Translations under genes and position numbers: made by a program
Part shown: positions 20,100 through 29,206 of the stretch, one piece after another
Layout: the number at the start of each line of letters is the position of its first letter
How positions within the stretch are numbered: position 1 is the stretch's first letter
IMG/VR virus record: IMGVR_UViG_2698536620_000014
Source: a virus
Taxonomy: Duplodnaviria; Heunggongvirae; Uroviricota; Caudoviricetes
Length of the DNA stretch: 55,939 nt
Strand: one strand, 5' to 3'
Notes under the pieces: model-generated
The model's database searches: none
What the model was told of the DNA's origin: nothing
What the model saw: the letters and a program-made list of their open reading frames with translations, nothing else

Positions 20100-20342
20100 N
20101 NNNNNNNNNNNNNNNNNNNNNNNNNNNNNNNNNNNNNNNNNNNNNNNNNNNNNNNNNNNNNNNNNNNNNNNNNNNNNNNNNNNNNNNNNNNNNNNNNNNN
20201 NNNNNNNNNNNNNNNNNNNNNNNNNNNNNNNNNNNNNNNNNNNNNNNNNNNNNNNNNNNNNNNNNNNNNNNNNNNNNNNNNNNNNNNNNNNNNNNNNNNN
20301 NNNNNNNNNNNNNNNNNNNNNNNNNNNNNNNNNNNNNNNNNN
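20100..20342. other. Assembly gap (243 N)
   Basis: Run of N; removes the endolysin 3' end and the Rz/Rz1 5' ends. Confidence 0.99.
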
Positions 20343-20344
20343 CG

Positions 20345-20584
20345 AAAGCTGAAAATGATGCTCTGCGTGATGATGTTGCCGCTGGTCGTCGTCGGTTGCA
20401 CATCAAAGCAGTCTGTCAGTCAGTGCGTGAAGCCACCACCGCCTCCGGCGTGGATAATGCAGCCTCCCCCCGACTGGCAGACACCGCTGAACGGGATTAT
20501 TTCACCCTCCGGGAACGACTGGTAATGATGCAGGCCCAACTTGAAGGTGCTCAGCAATACATAACCGAGCAGTGTTTAAAGTAA
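20345..20584 (+). CDS. Rz i-spanin, C-terminal part (5' end in gap)
   Basis: Frame after the gap reads KAENDALRDDVAAGRRRLHIKAVCQSVREATTASGVDNAASPRLADTAERDYFTLRERLVMMQAQLEGAQQYITEQCLK, lambda Rz-like. Confidence 0.75.
   Translation, partial: KAENDALRDDVAAGRRRLHIKAVCQSVREATTASGVDNAASPRLADTAERDYFTLRERLVMMQAQLEGAQQYITEQCLK
20355..20525 (+). CDS. Rz1 o-spanin lipoprotein embedded in Rz (+1 frame)
   Basis: MMLCVMMLPLVVVGCTSKQ... with lipobox VVGC and proline-rich tail; true start may lie a few codons upstream inside the gap. Confidence 0.7.
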   Translation: MMLCVMMLPLVVVGCTSKQSVSQCVKPPPPPAWIMQPPPDWQTPLNGIISPSGNDW

Positions 20585-20721
20585 AATCTTAACTACAATA
20601 TGATTCATTTTGATGATTGTTTCATAAGGAACAGTGAAGTAAGATCTAAGAGGAGTTAAATTTTATACAGTATAATCATAATATTGCAGCAAGGTGGTTA
20701 TAATTGAAAGAATATTTAGAT

Positions 20722-22179
20722 ATGAATACATCTCATGTAAGAGTTGTTACTCATATGTGTGGGTTCCTGGTTTGGCTCTATAGTCTTTCAATGTTGCCAC
20801 CAATGGTTGTAGCATTGTTTTATAAAGAAAAAAGCCTGTTCGTTTTCTTTATAACTTTCGTTATATTTTTTTGCATTGGTGGCGGAGCGTGGTATACAAC
20901 TAAGAAATCTGGCATTCAATTACGTACCCGTGATGGGTTTATTATAATTGTAATGTTTTGGATTTTGTTTTCTGTTATTAGTGCATTCCCTTTATGGATT
21001 GACTCAGAACTTAATTTAACGTTCATTGATGCTCTGTTTGAAGGGGTTTCTGGAATAACAACAACAGGAGCAACTGTAATTGATGATGTTAGTTCATTAC
21101 CTCGGGCATATTTGTACTATCGGTCACAGTTAAATTTTATAGGTGGTTTAGGAGTTATTGTTCTGGCGGTTGCAGTATTGCCATTATTGGGTATTGGTGG
21201 TGCAAAGCTTTATCAGTCAGAAATGCCGGGGCCATTTAAGGATGACAAACTCACTCCCCGCCTGGCCGATACGTCACGGACACTGTGGATAACTTATTCT
21301 TTATTAGGTATTGCTTGTATTGTCTGTTATAGACTTGCAGGAATGCCTTTGTTTGATGCTATTTGTCACGGGATTTCCACAGTTTCGCTTGGTGGTTTCT
21401 CAACTCATAGCGAGAGTATCGGATATTTTAATAACTATTTGGTTGAGCTGGTGGCTGGTTCTTTTTCCCTGCTATCGGCTTTCAACTTCACTCTTTGGTA
21501 TATTGTTATTAGCAGAAAAACGATAAAACCTTTAATCAGAGATATTGAACTTCGTTTCTTTCTGTTAATAGCCTTAGGGGTGATCATTGTTACCTCTTTC
21601 CAGGTCTGGCATATAGGTATGTATGACTTGCATGGAAGTTTTATTCATTCGTTTTTTCTTGCCAGCTCCATGCTCACTGATAATGGTTTAGCTACGCAGG
21701 ATTATGCAAACTGGCCCACGCACACGATAGTGTTTTTGCTGTTGTCAAGTTTCTTTGGGGGATGTATAGGTTCAACCTGTGGTGGAATTAAGTCACTTCG
21801 ATTTCTTATACTTTTCAAACAAAGCAAACACGAGATAAATCAGCTTTCTCATCCCAGAGCGTTGTTGAGTGTAAATGTAGGAGGGAAGATAGTTACAGAT
21901 CGTGTAATGAGGTCTGTATGGAGTTTCTTTTTTCTTTATACTCTCTTCACGGTGTTTTTTATACTGGTGTTAAATGGTATGGGATATGATTTTCTTACAT
22001 CATTTGCAACAGTGGCTGCATGTATTAATAATATGGGATTAGGTTTTGGGGCTACTGCATCGTCATTCGGAGTGCTTAATGACATTGCAAAATATTTAAT
22101 GTGCATAGCTATGATTCTTGGTCGCCTTGAAATTTATCCTGTTATTATATTGTTTTCAGGTTTTTTTTGGCGCTCCTAA
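20722..22179 (+). CDS. trkG: TrkG potassium uptake protein (TrkH/TrkG family), 485 aa
   Basis: ATG 20722 (MNTSHVRVVTHMCGF...); polytopic membrane protein; same length as the Rac-encoded TrkG of K-12; AT-rich. Confidence 0.9.
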   Translation: MNTSHVRVVTHMCGFLVWLYSLSMLPPMVVALFYKEKSLFVFFITFVIFFCIGGGAWYTTKKSGIQLRTRDGFIIIVMFWILFSVISAFPLWIDSELNLTFIDALFEGVSGITTTGATVIDDVSSLPRAYLYYRSQLNFIGGLGVIVLAVAVLPLLGIGGAKLYQSEMPGPFKDDKLTPRLADTSRTLWITYSLLGIACIVCYRLAGMPLFDAICHGISTVSLGGFSTHSESIGYFNNYLVELVAGSFSLLSAFNFTLWYIVISRKTIKPLIRDIELRFFLLIALGVIIVTSFQVWHIGMYDLHGSFIHSFFLASSMLTDNGLATQDYANWPTHTIVFLLLSSFFGGCIGSTCGGIKSLRFLILFKQSKHEINQLSHPRALLSVNVGGKIVTDRVMRSVWSFFFLYTLFTVFFILVLNGMGYDFLTSFATVAACINNMGLGFGATASSFGVLNDIAKYLMCIAMILGRLEIYPVIILFSGFFWRS

Positions 22180-22316
22180 TATATGGCTGATTTATAATTG
22201 TGAGTTTAATATTATGTTGACTCACTCATTGATCCAATACCTAACTTTACCAGCAACACCTCCGCCCCCAGTAGCACTGGCTGCTGGGGTGCGTTTTATT
22301 CATAAAGCAAGGCTGT

Positions 22317-23105
22317 ATGAGCGAGAAATTAAAGATAGTCTATCGCCCATTACAAGAATTGTCACCGTATGCGCACAACGCCAGGACGCACAGTACTGAG
22401 CAGGTGGCACAACTGGTAGAAAGTATTAAGCAATTCGGCTGGACTAATCCGGTGCTGATTGACGAAAAGGGCGAAATTATTGCGGGTCACGGTCGTGTTA
22501 TGGCGGCTGAAATGCTCAAAATGGATTCTGTTCCGGTCATTGTTCTGTCTGGCCTGACGGATGAGCAGAAAAAGGCGTACCGCCTGGCAGATAATCGCCT
22601 GCCGATGAATGCTGGCTGGGATGAAGATCTGTTGCGGATGGAGCTGTCGGACCTAATCAATGCTGATTTTGATGTCTCCCTGACAGGCTTCATCCCGGCA
22701 GAAATTGATGAACTGTTGACGGATGTTTTGCCCGGTACAGGAAATGAGGAGGAGCCGTATACGACGAAAATTGATACGCCTGTTTATGAGCCGTCAGGCG
22801 GTAAACCGGATATCAGTGAACTGTACGACGATACGAAAACTCAGGAGCTGATCAGCCGGATACGTTCGGCGTCCCTTGATCCTGATATTGAGAAATTCCT
22901 CCTGTGTGCAGCAGAACGTCACACGGTGTTTAATTTCAGCAGAATTGCGGACTATTACGCTCATGCCCCCGCTGAAATTCAGTGCCTTTTCGAGGAGTCG
23001 GCGCTGGTGATCATTGATTATCAGCAGGCTATTGAAAATGGATTTGTCCGAATGACGCAGCGCATGGTGGAGATCATGCATGGCGGGGAGGAGGAATATG
23101 CGTGA
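22317..23105 (+). CDS. ParB-like nuclease domain protein, 262 aa (full-length counterpart of the short K-12 ynaK)
   Basis: N-terminal LKIVYRPLQELSPYAHNARTHS...IIAGHGRVMAA is a ParB/Srx-type motif. Confidence 0.75.
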   Translation: MSEKLKIVYRPLQELSPYAHNARTHSTEQVAQLVESIKQFGWTNPVLIDEKGEIIAGHGRVMAAEMLKMDSVPVIVLSGLTDEQKKAYRLADNRLPMNAGWDEDLLRMELSDLINADFDVSLTGFIPAEIDELLTDVLPGTGNEEEPYTTKIDTPVYEPSGGKPDISELYDDTKTQELISRIRSASLDPDIEKFLLCAAERHTVFNFSRIADYYAHAPAEIQCLFEESALVIIDYQQAIENGFVRMTQRMVEIMHGGEEEYA

Positions 23106-24030
23106 TGATTTTTGCGCCTTTATTCTGACTCACGGGCGACCGGACAAAGTTCTGACTTACCGGACGTTGCGTCGTGCTGGCTATACCGGGAAAATTTTTA
23201 TCGTTGTTGATGATGAAGATAAGACACGGCATCAGTACATGGCTGAATTTGGTGAACAGGTGCTGGTATTTTCCAAAGCCGATATTGCTAGTCGTTTTGA
23301 CGAAGCCGATAATTTTAGTGACCGCCGCTCAATTTTTTACGCCCGTAATGCCTGTTTCGACCAGGCAAAACTGGTCGGGTGTAAATACTTCATTCAGCTC
23401 GATGATGATTATCACGAGTTCCAGTTTCGGGTGGATCGCAACTATGACCAGGCCTATTTCCCGATAAGGAAACTGGATGAGATCCTTTCTGAAATGCTTG
23501 CGTACTACGAATCAATACCTGCTCTTTCCATCGCTATGTCGCAGGGCGGGGATTTTCTTGGTGACAATGGCGGCCATGCTTCGTGGGTGAAACGCAAGGC
23601 AATGAACAGCTTTATCTGTTCGGTTGATCGACCGTTCTCATTCATGGGGCGCATTAACGAGGATGTGAATACGTACACGAATCTCGGTCGCTGTGGTGAA
23701 TTGTTTATGACGATCGGTGCTGTCCAGTTAGGGCAGAAACAGACGCAGAAAAACAGCGGCGGAATGACCGAGCTGTATCTGGATTCCGGAACCTACGTTA
23801 AAAGTTTTTACTCCGTCATGTATGCGCCGTCGTGCGTAAAAATCTCACTTATGGGTGCCAGTCATAAACGCATTCACCATCAGGTCACCTGGAACAACGC
23901 TGCAGTAAAAATCCTTCACGAAAAATACAGGAAGAAGACACCCTGCATATCAATGGGGGTGACAAATGATTCCGTATTCGAAAGTCGAGTCTCTGGCAGC
24001 GTGCCGGATGACTGCACAACAAATCGCTGA
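23098..24030 (+). CDS. YdaY-like protein, unknown function, 310 aa
   Basis: ATG 23098 after GGAGGAGG; acidic DDD-containing segments (FIVVDDEDK, IQLDDDYHEF); paired with the ParB-like gene upstream of terminase. Confidence 0.6.
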   Translation: MRDDFCAFILTHGRPDKVLTYRTLRRAGYTGKIFIVVDDEDKTRHQYMAEFGEQVLVFSKADIASRFDEADNFSDRRSIFYARNACFDQAKLVGCKYFIQLDDDYHEFQFRVDRNYDQAYFPIRKLDEILSEMLAYYESIPALSIAMSQGGDFLGDNGGHASWVKRKAMNSFICSVDRPFSFMGRINEDVNTYTNLGRCGELFMTIGAVQLGQKQTQKNSGGMTELYLDSGTYVKSFYSVMYAPSCVKISLMGASHKRIHHQVTWNNAAVKILHEKYRKKTPCISMGVTNDSVFESRVSGSVPDDCTTNR

Positions 24031-24217
24031 CGTTCTGGATGTTGATCTGAACCGACTGAAAGAAAATCGGGAAGCAATGACAGATTTTTATGCGGCCATC
24101 CGTAAGGGCAGAGCGAAAGGTGAAGCCGAGTTACGAGCGGCATTGTTTAAGCTTGCCAGAAAAGGGGATGCCTTTGCTCTGCGCGAACTACTCAGGGTGG
24201 ATAAAAATCAGGACTAA
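23966..24217 (+). CDS. Hypothetical small helical protein, 83 aa
   Basis: ATG 23966 after GGGGGTG; overlaps the 3' end of the previous gene in another frame; directly precedes terS. Confidence 0.4.
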   Translation: MIPYSKVESLAACRMTAQQIADVLDVDLNRLKENREAMTDFYAAIRKGRAKGEAELRAALFKLARKGDAFALRELLRVDKNQD

Positions 24218-24220
24218 CTG

Positions 24221-25315
24221 ATGAGCAGACCGGACTGGGGGGCGTTGCAGCAGGAGTATATTGCTGAATACACCCGCTCCGGTATATCTCCGGTGGCATG
24301 GTGTGAAGCAAGGGGACTGAATTACGCAACAGCCCGTCGTTACATCAAAAAAACTCCGAAAAATGCGCAGACAGAAATGTGCAAAACTGCGCAAAAAAGT
24401 GCGCAGAAAAAATCTGCGCAGACTGCACAAAAGCGGAACGAAAAATCTCAGGAAAAAAAGCCAGTATTCGATGCGGGCCTGAATGAGGGCGACGCGGAGG
24501 AATTTTCGTTCTGTCCCGATGAATTCGGCATTTCTGACCAGCAGGCTAAGTTTGCGATGCTTGTTGCTCAGGGTAAAAAGCCGACAGAGGCGTACCGACT
24601 AGCCGGTTATGAGGGGCAAGGTGCGACAGCTAACAGCAACGCCAGTCGTATGCTTAGAAATGCCAGGGTTTTTCGCGCTATCAGCTACTTCCGCAATCAG
24701 TACCAGAAACGCTATACCGCAGACCTGGATTTACTAGTGAGTCAGTTGATGGCTATTGTCCTGGCCGACCCCAATCAGCTTGCACAATTTCGCCGTGTTA
24801 ACTGCCGTTATTGCTGGGGCGAGAATCATCTCTACCAGTGGCGCGATATAGCAGAATTCGACAAGGCAGCGGCGCAGGCTTCCAGAGATGGCAAACCCGA
24901 ACCGGAATATGGAGGCCTCGGCTTTGTTGATAACGCCATACCCAATCCGGACTGCCCGAAGTGCTGCGGTGAGGGAACGGGACAGCTTTATATGGCTGAT
25001 ACCACTCTGCTTGATGGGGATGCGCGGCAATTATATGCAGGGGCAAAATTCGGAAAATTCGGCGTTGAGATCCTGCTGGAGGATAAGGCTGCCGCCCGGC
25101 GTGAATTGTTGCGTTTGTTTTCTGCTGGCGGGGCTTTATGTGCAGATAAGCGGCTACGGGAACTGGAAATTGAACGGCGCAGAATGGAAAACCAGAAGCT
25201 GCGCAAAGAGATCGAAACGGTGGAAGATAATGAACATCCCCAGCCTGTGGCGATCAATATTAATGTGGTTGATGCCAGAGTAAGGAGTGATGAAGATGAT
25301 CTCTCCGACGCTTAA
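24221..25315 (+). CDS. Terminase small subunit, 364 aa
   Basis: N-terminal HTH-like segment, basic/Gln-rich linker, Cys cluster; immediately upstream of and overlapping the large terminase. Confidence 0.65.
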   Translation: MSRPDWGALQQEYIAEYTRSGISPVAWCEARGLNYATARRYIKKTPKNAQTEMCKTAQKSAQKKSAQTAQKRNEKSQEKKPVFDAGLNEGDAEEFSFCPDEFGISDQQAKFAMLVAQGKKPTEAYRLAGYEGQGATANSNASRMLRNARVFRAISYFRNQYQKRYTADLDLLVSQLMAIVLADPNQLAQFRRVNCRYCWGENHLYQWRDIAEFDKAAAQASRDGKPEPEYGGLGFVDNAIPNPDCPKCCGEGTGQLYMADTTLLDGDARQLYAGAKFGKFGVEILLEDKAAARRELLRLFSAGGALCADKRLRELEIERRRMENQKLRKEIETVEDNEHPQPVAININVVDARVRSDEDDLSDA

Positions 25316-26597
25316 TGTGCCTCAGGCGCGATTTCTTTCAATGCCCCATAAATTTAAAGCCTATATTGCTGGTTTTGGCTCGGGCAAAACATGGGTTGGG
25401 TGTGGCGGCATATGCAAGGGGATTTGGGAGCATCCAGGTATAAATCAGGGATATTTTGCGCCAACGTATCCCCAAATTCGCGATATTTTTTACCCTACAG
25501 TGGAAGAAGTTGCTGCTGACTGGGGATTGAACGTAAAAATTAATGAGGGAAATAAAGAGGTTCACTTTTATTACGGACGCCAGTATCGGGGAACCACTAT
25601 CTGCAGATCGATGGAGAAGCCACAAACGATCGTCGGTTTCAAAATTGGTAATGCGTTGGTGGATGAACTGGACATTTTGCCGAAGGAAAAAGCCAGAACG
25701 GCGTGGCGCAAGATAATTGCACGTATGCGTTATAAGATTGATGGACTTCGCAACGGTATTGACGTTACAACCACGCCGGAAGGATTCAAATTTGTCTACG
25801 AGCAGTTTGTTAAAGCCGTGCGTGAAAAAACAGAGCTGGCCTCACTGTATGGTCTGGTGCAGGCATCTACTTTCGATAATGAAAAGAACCTGCCAGCAGA
25901 TTACATTCCTTCGCTTCTTGAATCATACCCTCCAGAGCTGATTAAAGCCTATCTTCGAGGACAGTTTACTAACCTGACAAGTGGTACTGTTTACCATCAG
26001 TTTGACCGGAAACTGAATAATTGCGAAGAAGTGGAGCAGCCAGGGGAGCCGATTTATATTGGGATGGATTTTAACGTTGGAAAGATGGCGGGAATCGTCC
26101 ATGTGCTGCGTTTGGGGCTTCCATGTGCGGTAACTGAAATCATCAATGCCTACGATACGCCGGATATGATCCGCATCATTAAAGAACGCTTCTGGCTGTA
26201 TGATGGGAATGATTACCGGAAAGTGAGGGAAATTTATATTTATCCAGATGCTTCCGGGGATTCCAGAAAATCAAGTAACGCAAGTACGACGGATATAGCC
26301 CAGCTTAAGCAGGCTGGTTTTAACGTTGTGGTGAACAGCTCGAACCCGCCAGTAAAAGATCGCGTTAACTCAATGAATGCAATGTTCTGCAATGCCAATG
26401 GTGAGCGTCGCTATAAAGTTAATGTGAAGCGTTGCCCGTTATATGCCGAATCTCTGGAGCAACAGGTCTGGGATGAGAAGGGGGAGCCTGATAAAAAATC
26501 TGGCAATGATCACCCGAATGATGCCGGAGGTTATTTCATCGTTAAGCAATTCCCTATTGTCAAACCGACCGGAAGAGTCACATCACTTCGGATTTAA
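25287..26597 (+). CDS. Terminase large subunit, 436 aa
   Basis: Walker A-like GFGSGKT near the N-terminus; first gene of the head module. Confidence 0.85.
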   Translation: MMKMISPTLNVPQARFLSMPHKFKAYIAGFGSGKTWVGCGGICKGIWEHPGINQGYFAPTYPQIRDIFYPTVEEVAADWGLNVKINEGNKEVHFYYGRQYRGTTICRSMEKPQTIVGFKIGNALVDELDILPKEKARTAWRKIIARMRYKIDGLRNGIDVTTTPEGFKFVYEQFVKAVREKTELASLYGLVQASTFDNEKNLPADYIPSLLESYPPELIKAYLRGQFTNLTSGTVYHQFDRKLNNCEEVEQPGEPIYIGMDFNVGKMAGIVHVLRLGLPCAVTEIINAYDTPDMIRIIKERFWLYDGNDYRKVREIYIYPDASGDSRKSSNASTTDIAQLKQAGFNVVVNSSNPPVKDRVNSMNAMFCNANGERRYKVNVKRCPLYAESLEQQVWDEKGEPDKKSGNDHPNDAGGYFIVKQFPIVKPTGRVTSLRI

Positions 26598-26599
26598 TT

Positions 26600-28006
26600 A
26601 TGGCTGATATATCAACACCCAACCTCGACTATAACGATATGCTGGAGGCGTGGGATATTAACGACGCACTGATGGGCGGTACGCTTGAAATGCGCAGGCA
26701 GGGGGAAAATTATCTCCCAAAATGGCCTAACGAAGATGAAGACGCTTATAAAAAACGCCTGTCTGTGGCTACGCTACTTCCTGTGTATGAAGAAAGCATC
26801 AAGCAAAATATTGGGCGCATATTTGCAGAGCCGACAGTATTGAGTGAGGAAACGCCGGCAAAAATCAGGGAATATGCAGAAAATATCGACATGGAGGGGA
26901 GCCGACTGGATGTGTGGGCGCAGCAATTTTTCAGCCTCGCATTTCAGTATGGTGTGGCACATGCGCTGGTGGACTATCCACGAACGGATATGAAAGAGAT
27001 TCGGACAAAAGCCGATGAAAACGCGACCGGTGGTCGTCCGTACGTTACGATGCTGAATCCACGCCAGGTTATTGGATGGAAATCGAAAGTTGAAAAAGGG
27101 AAAGTTGTTCTCACTGATTTGCGTATAAAAGAGGTCATCATTATTGATGGTGATGATTTCGGGCAGAAGAAGGTGGAGCAGATCCGCCATATTATGCCCC
27201 GTCGAGTTGAAATTTATCGACGTAGCGAAGGCACTAATGGCGAATCTGTCTGGACGCTTCATGAGTCATGGAATACCAGCCGTGATGATATTCCTCTGGT
27301 AACACTGTACACGAAGAAAACAGGATTTATGCGTGGTACACCGCCATTGCTTAATCTTGGCTTGCTGAATATCAAGCACTGGCAAAGCCAGAGCGAGCAG
27401 GACAATATTCTTCATGTTGCCCGCGTTCCATTGCTGGTGGCCTACGGGCTGGACAGGAATGAAGAACTGACGGTTGGTGCATCCACCGCTACGATTTTTG
27501 AGGACAGAACAAAAAATGGCCTCGAATATGTTGAACATAGTGGCGCAGCGATAGAATCTGGCGAAACATCACTTGAGAAGCTGGAAAATCAGATGCGTCA
27601 TGCCGGCGCTAAACTTCTGCGTGCTGAAAATACATCCACCAAATCTGTTGATCAGACTAATGAAGAGCGAATGCAGGAAAACTCGCCGCTTTATACAATG
27701 GCGAACTCCCTCGAAGATGCCCTCGATAATATTCTCCAGATAATGGCGGAATGGATCGGAGAGAGTTGCGGTGGCAATGTGGATGTGCGCACTGAACTGG
27801 ATGTATCTGCCCAGGTGTTTGACTCATCCTCCGCGCTGGCTGTTCAGTCATTGCGTCAGGGCGGTGATATACGTCAGATTGATGCGGTTCGGGTGTTGCA
27901 GGCGTTGAAATTTATCGATCAGGATTCCCGTCCAGAGGAAGTGATCGATGAATTAAAAAATCAGAGTGTAATGCTGATGGAAATCAATGATGCAAACCGT
28001 GAATGA
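26600..28006 (+). CDS. Portal protein, 468 aa
   Basis: Size and position immediately after terminase; acidic C-terminus. Confidence 0.75.
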   Translation: MADISTPNLDYNDMLEAWDINDALMGGTLEMRRQGENYLPKWPNEDEDAYKKRLSVATLLPVYEESIKQNIGRIFAEPTVLSEETPAKIREYAENIDMEGSRLDVWAQQFFSLAFQYGVAHALVDYPRTDMKEIRTKADENATGGRPYVTMLNPRQVIGWKSKVEKGKVVLTDLRIKEVIIIDGDDFGQKKVEQIRHIMPRRVEIYRRSEGTNGESVWTLHESWNTSRDDIPLVTLYTKKTGFMRGTPPLLNLGLLNIKHWQSQSEQDNILHVARVPLLVAYGLDRNEELTVGASTATIFEDRTKNGLEYVEHSGAAIESGETSLEKLENQMRHAGAKLLRAENTSTKSVDQTNEERMQENSPLYTMANSLEDALDNILQIMAEWIGESCGGNVDVRTELDVSAQVFDSSSALAVQSLRQGGDIRQIDAVRVLQALKFIDQDSRPEEVIDELKNQSVMLMEINDANRE

Positions 28007-29102
28007 ACGGCTGCGTGATGAATCAATTGCTCATGCAGTCTGGATATCCCGCTATAGCACTGGCGTGGCTGCCAGAATGGTGAAAATACTGAATGACAGC
28101 GATGCGGAACTTACTGCTCGCCTGCTGATAGCACTGGACAGCCTCGATCCAGGTAGTTTTACCGTTAAGCGCCTGGAGTCACTTCTGGCGAGCGTCAGAG
28201 AGGTTAACCGCACTGCTATTAACAGCATGTTTACCAGTCTCTCCGGAGAGCTGAACGAGCTGGCAATTTATGAGGCTGGTTATCAGTTAAGTCTGTTTGA
28301 TTCTATGCTACCTGATTTTGTTGCTGATGTTCACCCTCTGGTTGGTATCTCTCCTGATGCACTTTATGCCGCTGCAATGGCGCGACCATTCCAGGGACGA
28401 CTGCTCAGTGAGTGGGCCTCAGATCTTGAGGCGGATCGGCTCAGACGCATAACAAATACAGTGCGTCAGGGTTTTTTGCTGGGGGATACCAATGAGCAGA
28501 TCGCAAGAAAAATTCGGGGACATGTCAGTAAGGGATTTCAGGATGGTGCATTGCAGATGAGCCGGGCTAATGCGGCCAGCATTGCAAAAACAGCGGTTGG
28601 ACATCTTGCTGCTACTGCCCGTGAGAGTTTTGCCAGCGCGAATAATGATTTGATTAAGGGTAAGCAATGGTTATCAACGCTTGATAATCGTACTACGCCA
28701 CAATGTCGAATCAGGGATCGCCTCAAATATACGCTGAATAATAAACCTGTAGGTCACAGCGTGCCTTATTTGCAGGGGCCGGGAAAAATTCATTTCTGCT
28801 GCCGCTCAACGGAAACGTTCATTCTGAAATCAGCGAAGGAACTGGGTATTGATGTTCGCGATATTTCCCCGGCTGAGCGGGCCAGCATGGATGGCGTGGT
28901 GGCCGGAGATACAACCTACAGGGAATGGTTTTTGCGTCAGCCTTACACCAGACAAAAACAGATTGTGGGGGAAAGCCGAGCAAAGCTGATTCGGGATGGT
29001 GGTATGTCGCCAGATGAATTTTACACCGATAAAGGCGAATGGCTGACGCTGAAGCAGCTCCGTGAGCGTGATGCACAGGTATTCAGAAAAGCAGGGATTT
29101 AA
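27987..29102 (+). CDS. Head morphogenesis protein (Mu F / SPP1 gp7-like minor head protein), 371 aa
   Basis: Follows portal with a short overlap; typical size. Confidence 0.65.
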   Translation: MMQTVNERLRDESIAHAVWISRYSTGVAARMVKILNDSDAELTARLLIALDSLDPGSFTVKRLESLLASVREVNRTAINSMFTSLSGELNELAIYEAGYQLSLFDSMLPDFVADVHPLVGISPDALYAAAMARPFQGRLLSEWASDLEADRLRRITNTVRQGFLLGDTNEQIARKIRGHVSKGFQDGALQMSRANAASIAKTAVGHLAATARESFASANNDLIKGKQWLSTLDNRTTPQCRIRDRLKYTLNNKPVGHSVPYLQGPGKIHFCCRSTETFILKSAKELGIDVRDISPAERASMDGVVAGDTTYREWFLRQPYTRQKQIVGESRAKLIRDGGMSPDEFYTDKGEWLTLKQLRERDAQVFRKAGI

Positions 29103-29121
29103 ATAAATCATTTATTACAAC

Positions 29122-29146
29122 AGGCTACCTTCGGGTGGCCTTTTTT
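29122..29146 (+). terminator. Hairpin (UUCG loop) plus T-run
   Basis: aggctacc-ttcg-ggtggcct followed by tttttt; lies inside the track's N-terminal extension of the scaffold ORF, arguing for the downstream start. Confidence 0.5.
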
Positions 29147-29206
29147 ATTGCTGCGATCCGGATGGTGAGCAGCGTAACTGTCGGAAGACTTAAACCAGGT
29201 ACTAAT

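Noticed and set aside
20704-20721. TTG start for trkG proposed by the ORF track
   Set aside because: ATG at 20722 gives a 485-aa product matching the expected TrkG length; the upstream TTG adds six residues with no support.
29135-29206. N-terminal extension of the scaffold ORF proposed by the ORF track
   Set aside because: The extension contains an intrinsic terminator hairpin and T-run (29122-29146); the downstream ATG at 29207 is the more plausible start.
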